Shown: positions 13,342-36,100 of the stretch, in pieces | Layout of the letters: each line of letters starts with the position of its first letter | How positions within the stretch are numbered: the stretch's first letter is position 1 | NCBI GenBank assembly: GCA_965112155.1 | Contig: OZ218111.1 | From: Podarcis liolepis | Lineage: Eukaryota | DNA length: 64,000 bases | Reading direction: 5' to 3' (one strand) | The notes under the pieces: model-generated | Told to the model about the DNA's origin: nothing | Databases searched by the model: none | The model's input: the letters and a program-made list of their open reading frames with translations, nothing else | Translations under genes and position numbers: made by a program

Positions 13342-15171
13342 CTGCGCAACAGAACTGAATTGGTTTAACTGTCATTTGTTTCATCAGCAAATTCTGCCTG
13401 GTTTGGGATCTCTAACAGAGATCTGCACCCGCACCAAACTACAGCTATGAAGATTCTCTGCAGGATGTCATGATAGCTAAAACTAATATAACTTGGTATC
13501 TGCTTTGCTTTTGCTCCTGCAATGCTAAAATACATGGGTGAACAGCAAATAAACCCATTATAAGACCTGGCTTTTCCCAGATGCAGAACCTAAGGGAATT
13601 ATTACCTGTTGTTATAGGTATCGTGCAGAAACTTCACCCTGTTAAGTTGACTGAAGCCAGTGTATGGCAGGAGTTTGGTGACATGCGCCAGAAATGGAAG
13701 TAAGCTGTACAGTGGCCCTTCCATATAATTCCCAGCTGTCATTTGTGTGCTTGAAGCAAACTGTAGAGGAACCCAGAGTGAAAGGTGCTTCTGGGGACTT
13801 GGGCATCCTTCTGTTTCTACTTCTGAAAGTGGAAGCGGGAGGGAGAAGTGTGAGCCAGCTGGGAATAGTGCTTTGCCCTCTTCCTGGCCCCGGCCTACGG
13901 TGTGTTTTTTTAACTCAGGAAATCTTGAGGTCCATTTCAGTTATATAGTTCTTCAATATGGCTCCCATCCTGATGGGGACCTGACAGGATGATACTTTTC
14001 CTTCTCTGGTTCCTGTCTCCTCCTGGGGAGGGAAGCAGGTGGGGCTGGGTAGAGGGGACAAAGTTGTTTGTACTGTTCCACATTAGGGTTCTTCACATTT
14101 AGTGTTGTGTTGCTGCTTTTTTCCAGTGAGAACGCTGAAATTAGTCATCAGGCATTTATGTATACTGTGGTTTTCCTGGGGTTTGTGGAGTTGTTTGCAG
14201 CTGTCACCCAGACAAAGCCAGCCCATCACGTGCTCCTATTGCATGGAGAATCAGTGTTTTATTACCATTCAAGTCACTAACCCAGCTTGCTGGTAAATGG
14301 CAGCCCTTGGCTTCCTACTTCTGTCAGTGTGGCTGAGTGTCATCACTGTCAGGCATGTCACCCCCCCCCCCTTTACCCCTATCATTTTTTAATCCCCCAC
14401 CAGTTGCCAGTTGTCTCCCCCCCCCTTTAATATTACGCTGTTCTGTGCCATTGGAGGCTGTGCACTAATCTGTTGGAGCATATTTGTCCTACAAAAGATA
14501 AATTTTCTCCTTCCCCCACCCGCAGCAAAGCTATCCCCATTTATTTTAATTCAATGGGAAGTGACTTTCGCAGTGTTAACATGGCATTGCTGCCTTCTGT
14601 TGAGTAGGTGTCTTTCTCTTGCAAGGTCCATAACAAGAAGGGCTGTAGCTCAGTGGTATATCTGGGTGGACCAATGGCCTGACTTGGCATAAGACAACTG
14701 CATATGTTCCGTTGGACAGTTGAAGGATGCTCAAGCATAGCCCTTGCAAAATTAGGTCATATTCTTTAGTTCCCACATCTAGTGGTGAAGTTGATTGTCC
14801 ATTTTTACATACTTTGTATATGTCACTAAGTACTGCAATGTTCTCAGTTTTAGATAACTTTTAAGCCTGATGAGAGTTGCTGTTCCACAAGGTAATTCAG
14901 GATGCCCCTTTTTTCAGTCTTTAGTCCACTTGCCAATCTGAAAAGCATCTCAATCACATCAGTGAGAGATTTTGTGAACAAGGTGCAATATATTGTATAC
15001 TTCTAGGTAGGAATGTAAGAAGGCATCATTTCCCATTCCACCCTTTGTTTTTTTACATGCAGCACTGTTTCCATTCCACTGCAGTTCATTTCCCTCCAAA
15101 ATCCATATTATTTGTCATGCTGTTTGCTATGGCAAAACTTCTGTAATTTAGTTAATTAATGACATAGATTA

Positions 15172-15547
15172 AAAGGTAAAGAGACCCCTGACCATTAGGT
15201 CCAGTCGTGGCCGACTCTGGAGTTGTGGCGCTCATCTCGCTTTATTGGCCGAGGGAGCCGGCGTACAGCTTCCGGGTCATGTGGCCAGCATGACTAAGCC
15301 GCTTCTGGTGAACCAGAGCAGCGCACAGAAACGCCGTTTACCTTCCCGCTGGAGCGGTATTGAAGGGACAGGGTCCCTTCAGTATCTATTTATCTACTTG
15401 CACTTTGACGTGCTTTCGAACTGCTAGGTTGGCAGGAGCTGGGACCGAGCAACGGGAGCTCACTCCGTCGCAGGGATTCGAACTGCTGACCTTCTGATCA
15501 GCAAGTCCTAGGCTCTGTGGTTTAGACCACAGCGCTACCTGCATCCC
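15172..15547 (-). mobile_element. Sauria-type SINE
   Basis: Reverse complement of the same SINE; 16-bp TSD TTAATGACATAGATTA at 15156-15171 and 15548-15563. Confidence 0.92.
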
Positions 15548-18242
15548 TTAATGACATAGATTATGTTGCCATTATGTTATTCCACCCCATCCGTTTCAAT
15601 GCAAACGAAACACAGTTTAAATAGGAGAAAACATAATCTATTATGTATCATTTGTGGGCTAAAAGCAGCAACCTTAGCAATATTGGCTGTGTTTGCTGGT
15701 TTAATTTTCATTCTGGACATGGGACAAATAATCAAACATCATCAATTTTCACTCCAGTTTCTGTTTTCAGCAGAATTGTCCCACATCACTTCTTCTAGTT
15801 GATGCTCTGTCCTTTTGATTTGAATGAATGAAATACAAATAAAGTGGGGGGGGGGGATGACAAGAAAACATCTAAGTCAGGAACTGTTATAATTAAATGT
15901 ATAATTTCATAACACTTTAAAAATGAATGTTTTGCTTTTATCCTCACAGCTCTATGAAGTGGGCAGCTTGCATTCCCATTTTACAGGTGGAAAACTGAGG
16001 ATGTGCCCCTTTAAATGAGGGGAGAAATATTGTAATCCATCACTTCTCCCCTTGCTGCATCTGGTCTTTGTTAGGACCTCTTGCTCTAGCTGATGAAGTG
16101 CAGATGTGAGGTAGCATTCCAAAGATAAACTCAGGAAATTCTCAGAGTCTGCTGTGGGGGGTTGAGTTGGTTGTTGTTTGACTTTTGCTCTGTTTTGTTT
16201 GGGGTGCTGAGCTTAATATTCAGCAGGAAAAGAAGCGGCCTTTGATAGACTGCACTGACAAAAAGAAGCAGCCTTCAAGAGGGAGATTCCATGAGACATT
16301 TTAAAAGATTATAGGTCTGTGCCTTCTCTCCATTAACATTCCTTCTAATTCCTTTAGGTTGCCATCTTAATTGTGTTTTCTGAAGAGCAGAGATGCTTAA
16401 GGATCAGTCTGCATTTTTAGTGAACCAACTTGATTTACTTCCCTGGATGAATGCAGAGACTGCAATACAATTATCCTTTGAATTTTGCAATACACGTTTT
16501 GATTCAAAATGGTGTCTGGCACCAAAACATAAAAAGATGACCCTCGCCCCAACCTTGGGAACCCTCATGCCTAGTTTGGCAATGATATCTCAAGTGGCGG
16601 TCAAAGCAATGTCAAAAAACAGGCAAAATCATGCCAAAGTGATGTTTTGGTCTGCCAACTTGATTCAATCAAAATGCCATCTAGTGTCAGGGATGGCAGG
16701 GCTCTGAGGTGTGTGTGGCAGAGGCAGGGGGCTCTGAGACTGATCCAGGAGAAGGGGTCAACAATTTATGGGGTTTTGTGCCTCCCATGAGGCAGGAGCT
16801 GTGGCTGAAGGAGGGGAAGAGGCCAAGCAGTTGGAGACAGGGAAGGAGGTGCAGGACATGCCAGGAGCAGACTGTTCCTGAGAGAACTGGGCCAGTAGAA
16901 TCCCCTCCATCCTCTCTGCCACTGTCTCCAAGGACCAGGAGGGGCTTGAAGAGGCAGACACAGCAACAACTTCTGTGCAGGAGAAGTTGCAGGTTACTTG
17001 CATGCACTCCATCAGGCAAAGGTACTTAACTTTAGGTGGAGGCATGGTCACACTGTTGCTGCAACAGTTCAGCTTGAAGCCAGGGGCACCAACTTGCCCC
17101 CCACATTGAGGGGGCGCTGTCATGTGATGCACCCTGGCATGCACGGAGGGCTCTGTGCTTGCACGGCCCAGCCACAGCCAGAGCCAGGATGCTGAGCTGC
17201 GGCTGGTATGAGCAAGCGTCGCCCTCCACGCTTGTCCAAGCTGCCTCCTGGCTTCTGGGCTGCCGGGGAGAGGCTGTGGCTGGGACATGTGGAGGGCGCC
17301 TGCCGGCAGCAGGGGGTGGCCCGGCACCCTGCAAAAAAATATTGGGGGGAGCTGAAGCCCCCTCCATTGCCACTGCTCGGAGCACAAGCCTGGGGAGGGG
17401 ATGCTGTAAGGAGGTGTGTGTTAATCTGAATTTATGATATGGTTTATCTCTGTAGATCATTGCATAGGATTGACATAACTTCCATATAACATGAGACCCT
17501 CCATGATTAGCTTCAGTGACTTTGGAAAAAGACTGATCCCAGCCCCCTGCTGAAAGGCATTTGGTCATATTCTGAGTTCACCCACATCTGACTTAAAAGA
17601 TTAACACACGCAAATTTAGTTGCTAAGTACAGAATACTCAGCTCCTCAGAATGATCCGTCCACACAATGCTAGGGTGATTTAAAGGCAGAGGTGTCTTGG
17701 TTCAGATAATTGCTTGCTATCAAAGTCTTTCACCCACTTGTTAAGCAAACAAGATGGCCAGCTTTAGCCATTTTTCACTAAGATGGGCAAGGTGAGAATT
17801 AAGCAGGAAATTCCAGAAATAAGTATAGAAATTGTAGGAATCACTCATTTCACAGCCCACCCCCCTTACTGGTATGCCTTGGCAAAAATGTATTTTAAAA
17901 ACCTAAATTCAAAGGTTAGGTAGCTCTCACATTTCCAACAGGACAGCACTTAACCCAGCGCTCCCTCCCCTAAGACTCAACATACTCTGCCTTGCTTTAA
18001 GGACAGCCATACTTTCCTCCCCACCTCCCTCTTTCTAGTGTGGGTTGATGGCAAGATTCTCATGCCATGCTTCCGTAGGCCTTTACAATATTTTGGGAAT
18101 CTTCTACTGTTTAATCCAAGTGTGTATGTATTGTAATTGTATTGTATGAGGGCATGTTCAGCTGCCACGGTGTCTTCCCAAGATTGGTTCCTCCTTTGCA
18201 AAATGCAACTCTCAGCACCTCACCCCTTCTTGTTTCCTGCAG

Positions 18243-28896
<10,654 letters not shown>

Positions 28897-30063
28897 GCAG
28901 CCTGAGCCTGGCCCCTGTAAGATGGTAACGTCTATTCCTGCACTGTTAGAGGAGAGCCAAAGGATTGCCTTGCCTCATTTTATTAGGGGTAAATAGACTG
29001 GTGGGAAGCCAGTTTCTAAGCTATATTGTATGCTTGGCTTTTTCCAAGATGTTACGGTTGGAATGCACTACCCAATTGTTGAGGTTTGTGCATCTCTTAG
29101 CAAGTTAGTAGTGGTAAACATATGTATATGCCATTTTTGTTTTTAGCCCACTTTCAGGTATTTTAGTACTTTTATTACATTTTTGGGAAACACAAATGTC
29201 TTGGGTCATTTTGTATATCAGAAAAGATGAGAGACCAAGAGGCTTGGGCCAAAACAGACCTTGATGTAAGCATCATAACACATTGTTTGAAAATCTGATG
29301 TAATCAAACAGAGCATCCAACATGACTTCCATTTTCCCTCACCCCACCCCCTTCTCCTCTTGGTTACTTTGCAGAAAATGAATTGCATTTAGTGCAAGTT
29401 GAGAGTGCGCTTTTTGCAGTGTGTGTGAAATAGCGCCAGGAGAAATGACTTCATTTGCTCCTGGCAGATGAGCCACATGACCTGTTCATCAGTCCTCTGT
29501 TCAGTGAACATCTTAGGTTGAGTTAACAGCACTTTCAAGCCATTTTATCAGACCTGATCAGTCAATAGAGTCCTGCTGTGTTACCATTGGCTACTGCAGT
29601 CATGCACAAAAGTCAAACAGAAGTTAATGCATGATACCCAGTAAGGACCCAAAGTCAAAAAGAGCCCATGCTCTATCCAGAGCTCAGATGAGACGAACAA
29701 CACACAGGTTCTAGGAGCTGGCATAGATCCTTTCCTTTGCAACATACTCATATTAACCTGGTTCAAGAACACTGAGTAAATAGTCTCTTTGCTCCTGTCC
29801 TGGCTACAGTGTCAGCCTATGCACACACAAGTGTGTGTTTGCAGAAAAGCAGCACCACCAGCACACCTCTCTACCAACAGACCAACAACAAATGCATACT
29901 CAACTACCCTCTGCTACCAAGCCCAGATGTTAAGCTACCTATCTATGGCTTACAGCTCAGTGTCCTCCTTCCTTTCCTTTCCTCCAAGCAGAGACAGGGC
30001 AGATTCTGAGCCACCAGCTGGGCAGAGGGCAGGCAAAGGGCATCTCCATCATCAAGCCCTCCT

Positions 30064-30161
30064 TCACGTTTCTAGAGTTTTTTTCTTCAGGTTTTCCATC
30101 AGTAGCAGATTCTGCAGTGCCAAACTTCTGCAGTCACCATCTGGGTCCTTCTCTGCAACAT
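30064..30161 (-). CDS. TELO2: TELO2 last coding exon (21)
   Basis: [32 protein letters not shown]. Confidence 0.94.
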
Positions 30162-33100
30162 CTGCAGAAAATAGGAAAAGACAGACAAGAGGGGAGGAAA
30201 GAATGGCTCGAGGAAATCCCTGTAAAGCATTAGTTGAACTGTCAAGTGTGCTTCAGTAAAGGAACAATAAAAGGAAGTTATCCCCACCCCAGCTCTCCAA
30301 ATATCCAGCTTGTTTGATTTTAGACCAAACTTTATTTAGCAACATTTCTTTTTTACACAGTTACCCCGTGTAACCATAACATCTCAGCACTAGGTGCTGG
30401 CAAGATAAAGTTGCAGCAGCTGTCTGTTTTCTTTAACCACAGGACCAAGTAAAGATTGGAGGAGTTTTAACACTGAGTAACTGAGGGAACACTGGAACAT
30501 GCTTTTTGGCTCAGTATTTCAGATTCTTTACCTCTAAACTAGTTTTAAAGGACAAATTTAAAGCCTGACTCCCACACAAACCCAGCTCAAGTTTACAAAT
30601 CCACATTTTGCATAAAGCTTTATGTGAAGTGGTGACTTCCACAAAGCCATTTCAGGCATGCACCTATCTGCGTGTGAAAGAAATTTCTGCCATCCTACTC
30701 AGAGGTATGCTTCCAACTGCACAGTGCATGAGCAGCAATTAGCCACTTTGTACAGGTGCATTTTTATCAACTGGCAACTTTATGAAACGAGGTATGCACT
30801 TCTTTTTACTGTGAAGCACAAATAGTCCTCATGCCATACAGAAAAGTTAGCATCTGGTGTGGCACTTGCATCATTCCTTGTCTTAAGCACTGTGCTATAC
30901 GGCACATCAACTCGGCTTGCCGGTCTTTTTCTCACTAGGTTAAACAGCTTAAACAGCTGCAGATATATTAAGAATTGAGAAATGCAGCAGGCGACTCATT
31001 CCCTCCCCCCAACACACAGATGCCAGGACAGAATAAATTTCAGCTACTGAATTTCTGCTTGCTAGGCAGCTAATAGGCACTGTACCAGGGGGAGGGAGGG
31101 GTGGCTGGCAGCTCTGTATTTCTAACAGTCTTGCAAAGTGGAAATCAGGATGTCAGAGCAGAGGGGAGCCTGAAAGAGTGGCGAGTCTGTGGGAGGAAAT
31201 CCTGTGCGCACAAGCTAAGCGCTTGAAGCCTAGCACTAGGTCAGTCTGGGTACATGACTCACTCAGATAGCCCCCCTCTATTTATAAAATGACAGAATGG
31301 AACACAGTTCTGAGGGCAGCCTGCGGTCCAAAATGATTAACATCAGCAGTTGCCCCAACGTAACAAAGGCTTATTTAACGAGAGATTGTGCACCGTGGAA
31401 GCAGATGGCTAGCCCAGTAGAAGAAATAAAAGTCAAAACCTCTGTGCTATCCCAATTTTCTAAGCCACTAGCTCTTGCCTTCCCTTTCCATATGCCTATA
31501 GCGCTTCATGAGCCAAGCAACATGTTACCCACAAAACCAAAGTTGGAGAGATGTTTAAATATGTGATGACTCTGCCCCTCCACACCTTGACTGCGTATGC
31601 AAATCCTACCCTATTCACTTTGCACAATACTTTCCATCTGCGAAGGAGGATATGGGATTTTAGCACCAGCCCAGGAAGACTCTTCTCCACCTGTCCAGTT
31701 GCCCTCCTGAGCGTTATCAGCCCAAGACCATGCATCCCGTCTCCTTTCAGGCTAGCCTCAACTCATTGCTCAGCAGGCTACGCTCAAGGACAGCAAAAGC
31801 CTATTCCTCCACACACACCACGGCATGGGAAAAGAGGGAATCTTTAGGCTCCATGGCAGCCCTTTTCCCTTTTAAGGGCACAGATTTCTAGCAGCCAGTC
31901 CAGGGATCAAAGACTAGCTGTGTTGGTGTCACATCCTCTCCAGCTCCCGTGGGAAGCTCACTCTCAGGATCCAAATGGTGAGGGAAAGCAACCCAGGGCA
32001 GAAATGGGAAGGCTTCTGAGCTTATCTAGAGCATGTGGCACTTGATTCCTGGCAACTCGCCCCTTCGGCATTGAAATCTGAGTCAGGCTGCATCAGTCCT
32101 CATGCATTTCTGGGCACGCAGGAGACGCTCAACTGCCCTCTCCTGACTGGAGACTGGTTGTATCCTCCTTTGCTTGGGGGTGGGGTGGGAGGGCACTAAG
32201 AAAAATGGCCCAGTGGAATTCCCCACTTCCATACAGTGGTGCCCCGCAAGACGAATGCCTCGCAAGACGGAAAACCCGCTAGACGAAAGGGTTTTCCGTT
32301 TTGGAGGTGCTTCACAAAACGAATCTCCTATGGGCTTGCTTCGCAAGACGAGAATGCCTTGCGAGTTCCTGCAGGGTTTTTCCCCTCCCCCCCTTTTTCT
32401 AAGCCGCTTATCAGCTGATCCGATCAGCAGATAAGCCGCTAAAAGCCGCTAATCCGTCAATGGGCTTGCTCCGCAAGACGAAAAAACCGCTAGACTAAGA
32501 GAATCACAGAACAGATTCTTTTCGTCTTGCGAGGCACTACTGTACACCCCTCAGGAAGACAGACGCATTCACATGACCGAACTGGCACACGGGGAACAAG
32601 GACAGAGAAATTCCAGCCTGGGATGTAGCTTCTCTGCCTCTCGCCAATATCAGAGAGTGAGAGAAGGGTTGACCTCAACACAACCCCTGCCAATGGCCTG
32701 CTCTCACAGTGACTTCTCACCTGCCAGCCAGGCTTGGGTCTCTAAAAGCTCCTCCGTCATGTCCTCCAGAAGGCACTCAGCAGGGACACTCAGGAGTGTG
32801 GAAGAGACAGATGACAAAAGCCCTTGGCGCACATATCTGCAGGGAAAAGGAGTGCCCTTGTGAAAGCCAGCAGGAAGGAATCTCATCCCTACCCAACTGA
32901 TAGCTGGTGGCCTTGACACTGCCTTCTGCTTTGCTAGCTTCATTTTTCTGCTGGAGTCACCAAACTTAATTGCTTGAATTGCACCGAGAGTTACCCAGAG
33001 CTGAACTCAGGAGATTTCTGTCCCACTCACATCTTCTAGTTGCTATTTGGAGTGTAAAGAACAACACCAAGAAAGCTGTAGCTAAAGCTGTCCCTCCCCC

Positions 33101-36100
33101 CTCCTTTGTTTTAATGCATCTACATGGGTTTTTAAAAATTATTCTTTTTGTGTGTGTGTGGAGGGAGAGAGAGTGCACAGGGAAAAAACAAGACATAAAA
33201 GTGGGGGAAGAAAAAGGGGGGAAAGAACTAACACCCATACGAAATAGTTTAAAAACCCAGAACTTACAAACATTACAAGATCGTCACTGTAGTTAACCTA
33301 CACTTAACCTGCTTGGGAGTTGCCTTGGGCAAGAAAAAGCAACTAACAAATTATTTATTTAAATTTATTTAAATAAATAGGGGGCATATTAATGAAATAA
33401 CAATAATAATAATGACATATTCATGCCTGAGGTTGCATCAGTTTCACATTCAAACTACAGACAGTGGAAAGTGTTGCTTATGATAATGGCTGACTCATTC
33501 AAGAACTTGAGGGCAGTGTGGCTTGAAATGCTCTCTCAGCCTCAGTTTTACTCAACCTGACTTTCCCTTTTTGTAGCCGTTTCTCTTCCCCACCTGGCTC
33601 TGGCATCTTGGCACTACTGGGGGGCCCAAAGGGGGAGAATGGGACAAAGAGAACAAACTCCTTCCCCCACTGGATTGGGTTCCCTGGCTTTGGGTGCAGA
33701 GGGTCCCTCAATGCTCACAGGAACTCACGTGTCTGCATGGAAGCGCAGGGTCCAGACGAACTCTAGCAGGGCCTTCCCCATCGCAGATGCTACCTGGAGG
33801 AGACACACAAATAAGGATCCATGGAAGAGGCATTGAATGGGTAGCCTCGGGTATTTTGCTTTCTGAGGCAGAAAATCCAAATGGTAAAGATACAAGCAAA
33901 GGCTGCAATCCCAGTCACTTTCCTTTGAGTAAGCCCCACCAAACTCAATGGGACTTGCTCCTTTGTAGGCAGGTATAGAATTACAGTGGTGCCCCGCAAG
34001 ACGAATGCCTCGCAAGACGGAAAACCCGCTAGACGAAAGGGTTTTCCGTTTTTGAGCTGCTTCGCAAGACGAATTTCCCTATGGGCTTGCTTCGCAAGAC
34101 AAAAACGTCTTGCGAGTGTTCCGATTTTTCCCCGCTTCCCCCTTTTTTCTAAGCCGCTAATAGCCTTTTAGCCGCCGCTAAGCCTTTAATAGCCCCTAAT
34201 CCGCTAAACCGCTAATAGCGCTAATCCACTAAGCCGCTAATAGGGTTGCTTCGCAAGACGAAAAAAACGCTAGACGAAGAGACTCGCGGAACGAATTATT
34301 TTCGTCTTGCGAGGCACCACTGTATACCGAAAAGCAGTGACAATTTGCCATCTGTTAACAGTACTGCTGGCTATTGCTTGAGATCAGCAGCCTCCTCCTC
34401 TCTCCCTCAGAAAGTCTGCCCTGGCTTCAAACATTAAGAGACCAGGAATGGAAACAGTGGCTCATCCACAACCGAAGGCACTACTGCTTCGTACCTGGGG
34501 GCGGAGTCAGGGGAATTGCCACATCCTTCAGGTGGTACATAGTGGGAGAAACTCGGCATGCACTGATTTAAGAAACATTGACATCCATTTTAAAAACTGA
34601 AGAGCATCACATTTGAAGTTTAAATAAACTGTCAAATTGTGTTTTTTATTTTATTTTGTGGGATATGTATTTATATCTCCCTATTGAACACATTGCTGGA
34701 GTTGCTTGCAAGGCCAAGGAATCTGGATTTATTTATTTTTTAAATTACAAGTGACCCAATCAAAGATAAAGGACTCAGTCTTGGGAGGCCATCGGGTATG
34801 TTAGTGCTTGAAGAGTGGGAAGGCAACAGTGACTGAGAGCTGTGTCGAGAGTGGACGTTCCACCCACCTGCATTCGCTAGGTCTGCTGGCTATTGCTACA
34901 GTTCTGAAACCAAGCAGCTTATGCAGAATCCTGAGAGCACCTGGCTTTTGGAGTTGGGGCAGGGAAGCTGTGGCCCTCCAGGTGCTCCCAGCCCCAGCAA
35001 GCATGGCTAGTGGTCGGGGAAGATGGAAGCTACAGTCCAGCAACATCTGGAAGGCCACAACTTTCCCACCCTGATTTTAGAGGGGCAGAGGGAAGCAAAC
35101 TCCCAGAGCCAGTGGTAATTACAGAGTGAAGCATGGAGAGGTGAGCAGCTTCTTCTGCCTTGAAACCAAAGGGTCTGCTAATTCAGAGCCAAAATCAGAA
35201 CACAGAGTTTCAAAAACCCCCTGCATACACCATGTGTAGATGCTTCACCTCCTCACATCCTGTCCGCCAAAGCAAATGTTCACTGGCTCCCTTTGTCAAA
35301 AGATGGGATGCCACAGCATGTCAAAAGCCAAACACAGGCAACTGTGCACTTCTCAGGTACTTTGGAAGGGCCTATCTAGTATCCTCACCACAGTGTTGAC
35401 AGCGAAGTACATCAGAATTGCCAGGGTGTGTGTCAGCCGGGCCAAAACCAGGTGATCATCTCCCAAAAGGTCAAAGGTGGTCAGTGGCCTGGAAAGGAGA
35501 GAGGGAGAATGTTTTAGCTGGCTCTGAAAGATGGCCTCCTTCCCTACAACCCCCCTTAGGTTTTAAGATCAGCAAAGGGAGCCACTTGGTAGTTCCACTG
35601 CCTTCAAAAGTTTTGGGAAGGGAGTTGGTCCGGGTGGGAGAGGGCGTTCTCTGTGGCAGCTCCTAGGTTGGGGAATTCTCCCCCCCCCCAGGTGTATATC
35701 TAGAACCTTCATTGGTTTCCTTTGTGTGAAGACACACTTCTGACAATTTGTTCTATTTGTTAAAAAATATTATTATTATTACTGTATTATTACTATTAAA
35801 GAGAAGGAGAAGAAGCAGCAAGCCTTGGTCTTAAACTGCAGCTCCCAGCTCCTATCCTAATTGCTATTTACAAAAAGCTGAGAACAGTTGTTCTCCACCA
35901 GGCACCCTCTGCTATTGCTAAAGAGAACCGAATTCCAGGAGCCAAGACAGAGCCTTCTTTTTCAGAAGCTGAGCAATAACAGACATGCAGCTATTCCAAA
36001 AGGAGCCAAGGACCTGGGTGCAAAGGCACCCTTTGGACATTTTTGCTGCAGCACTCCTGCAAATGAAAAGGTGAACTACAGTTTAGTCTTTTTAAAGAGT

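Noticed and set aside
16758-17568. 209-aa and 178-aa - strand ORFs
   Set aside because: Low-complexity products of GC-rich repeat-like DNA; no recognisable domain or splice context
29789-30259. 156-aa + strand ORF
   Set aside because: Antisense to the TELO2 last exon and UTR; no ATG start and no protein similarity
32234-34322. Regularly recurring CGCAAGACG units as a CRISPR-like array
   Set aside because: Eukaryotic intron; units lie inside TIR/TA-bounded MITEs; no unique spacers or cas genes
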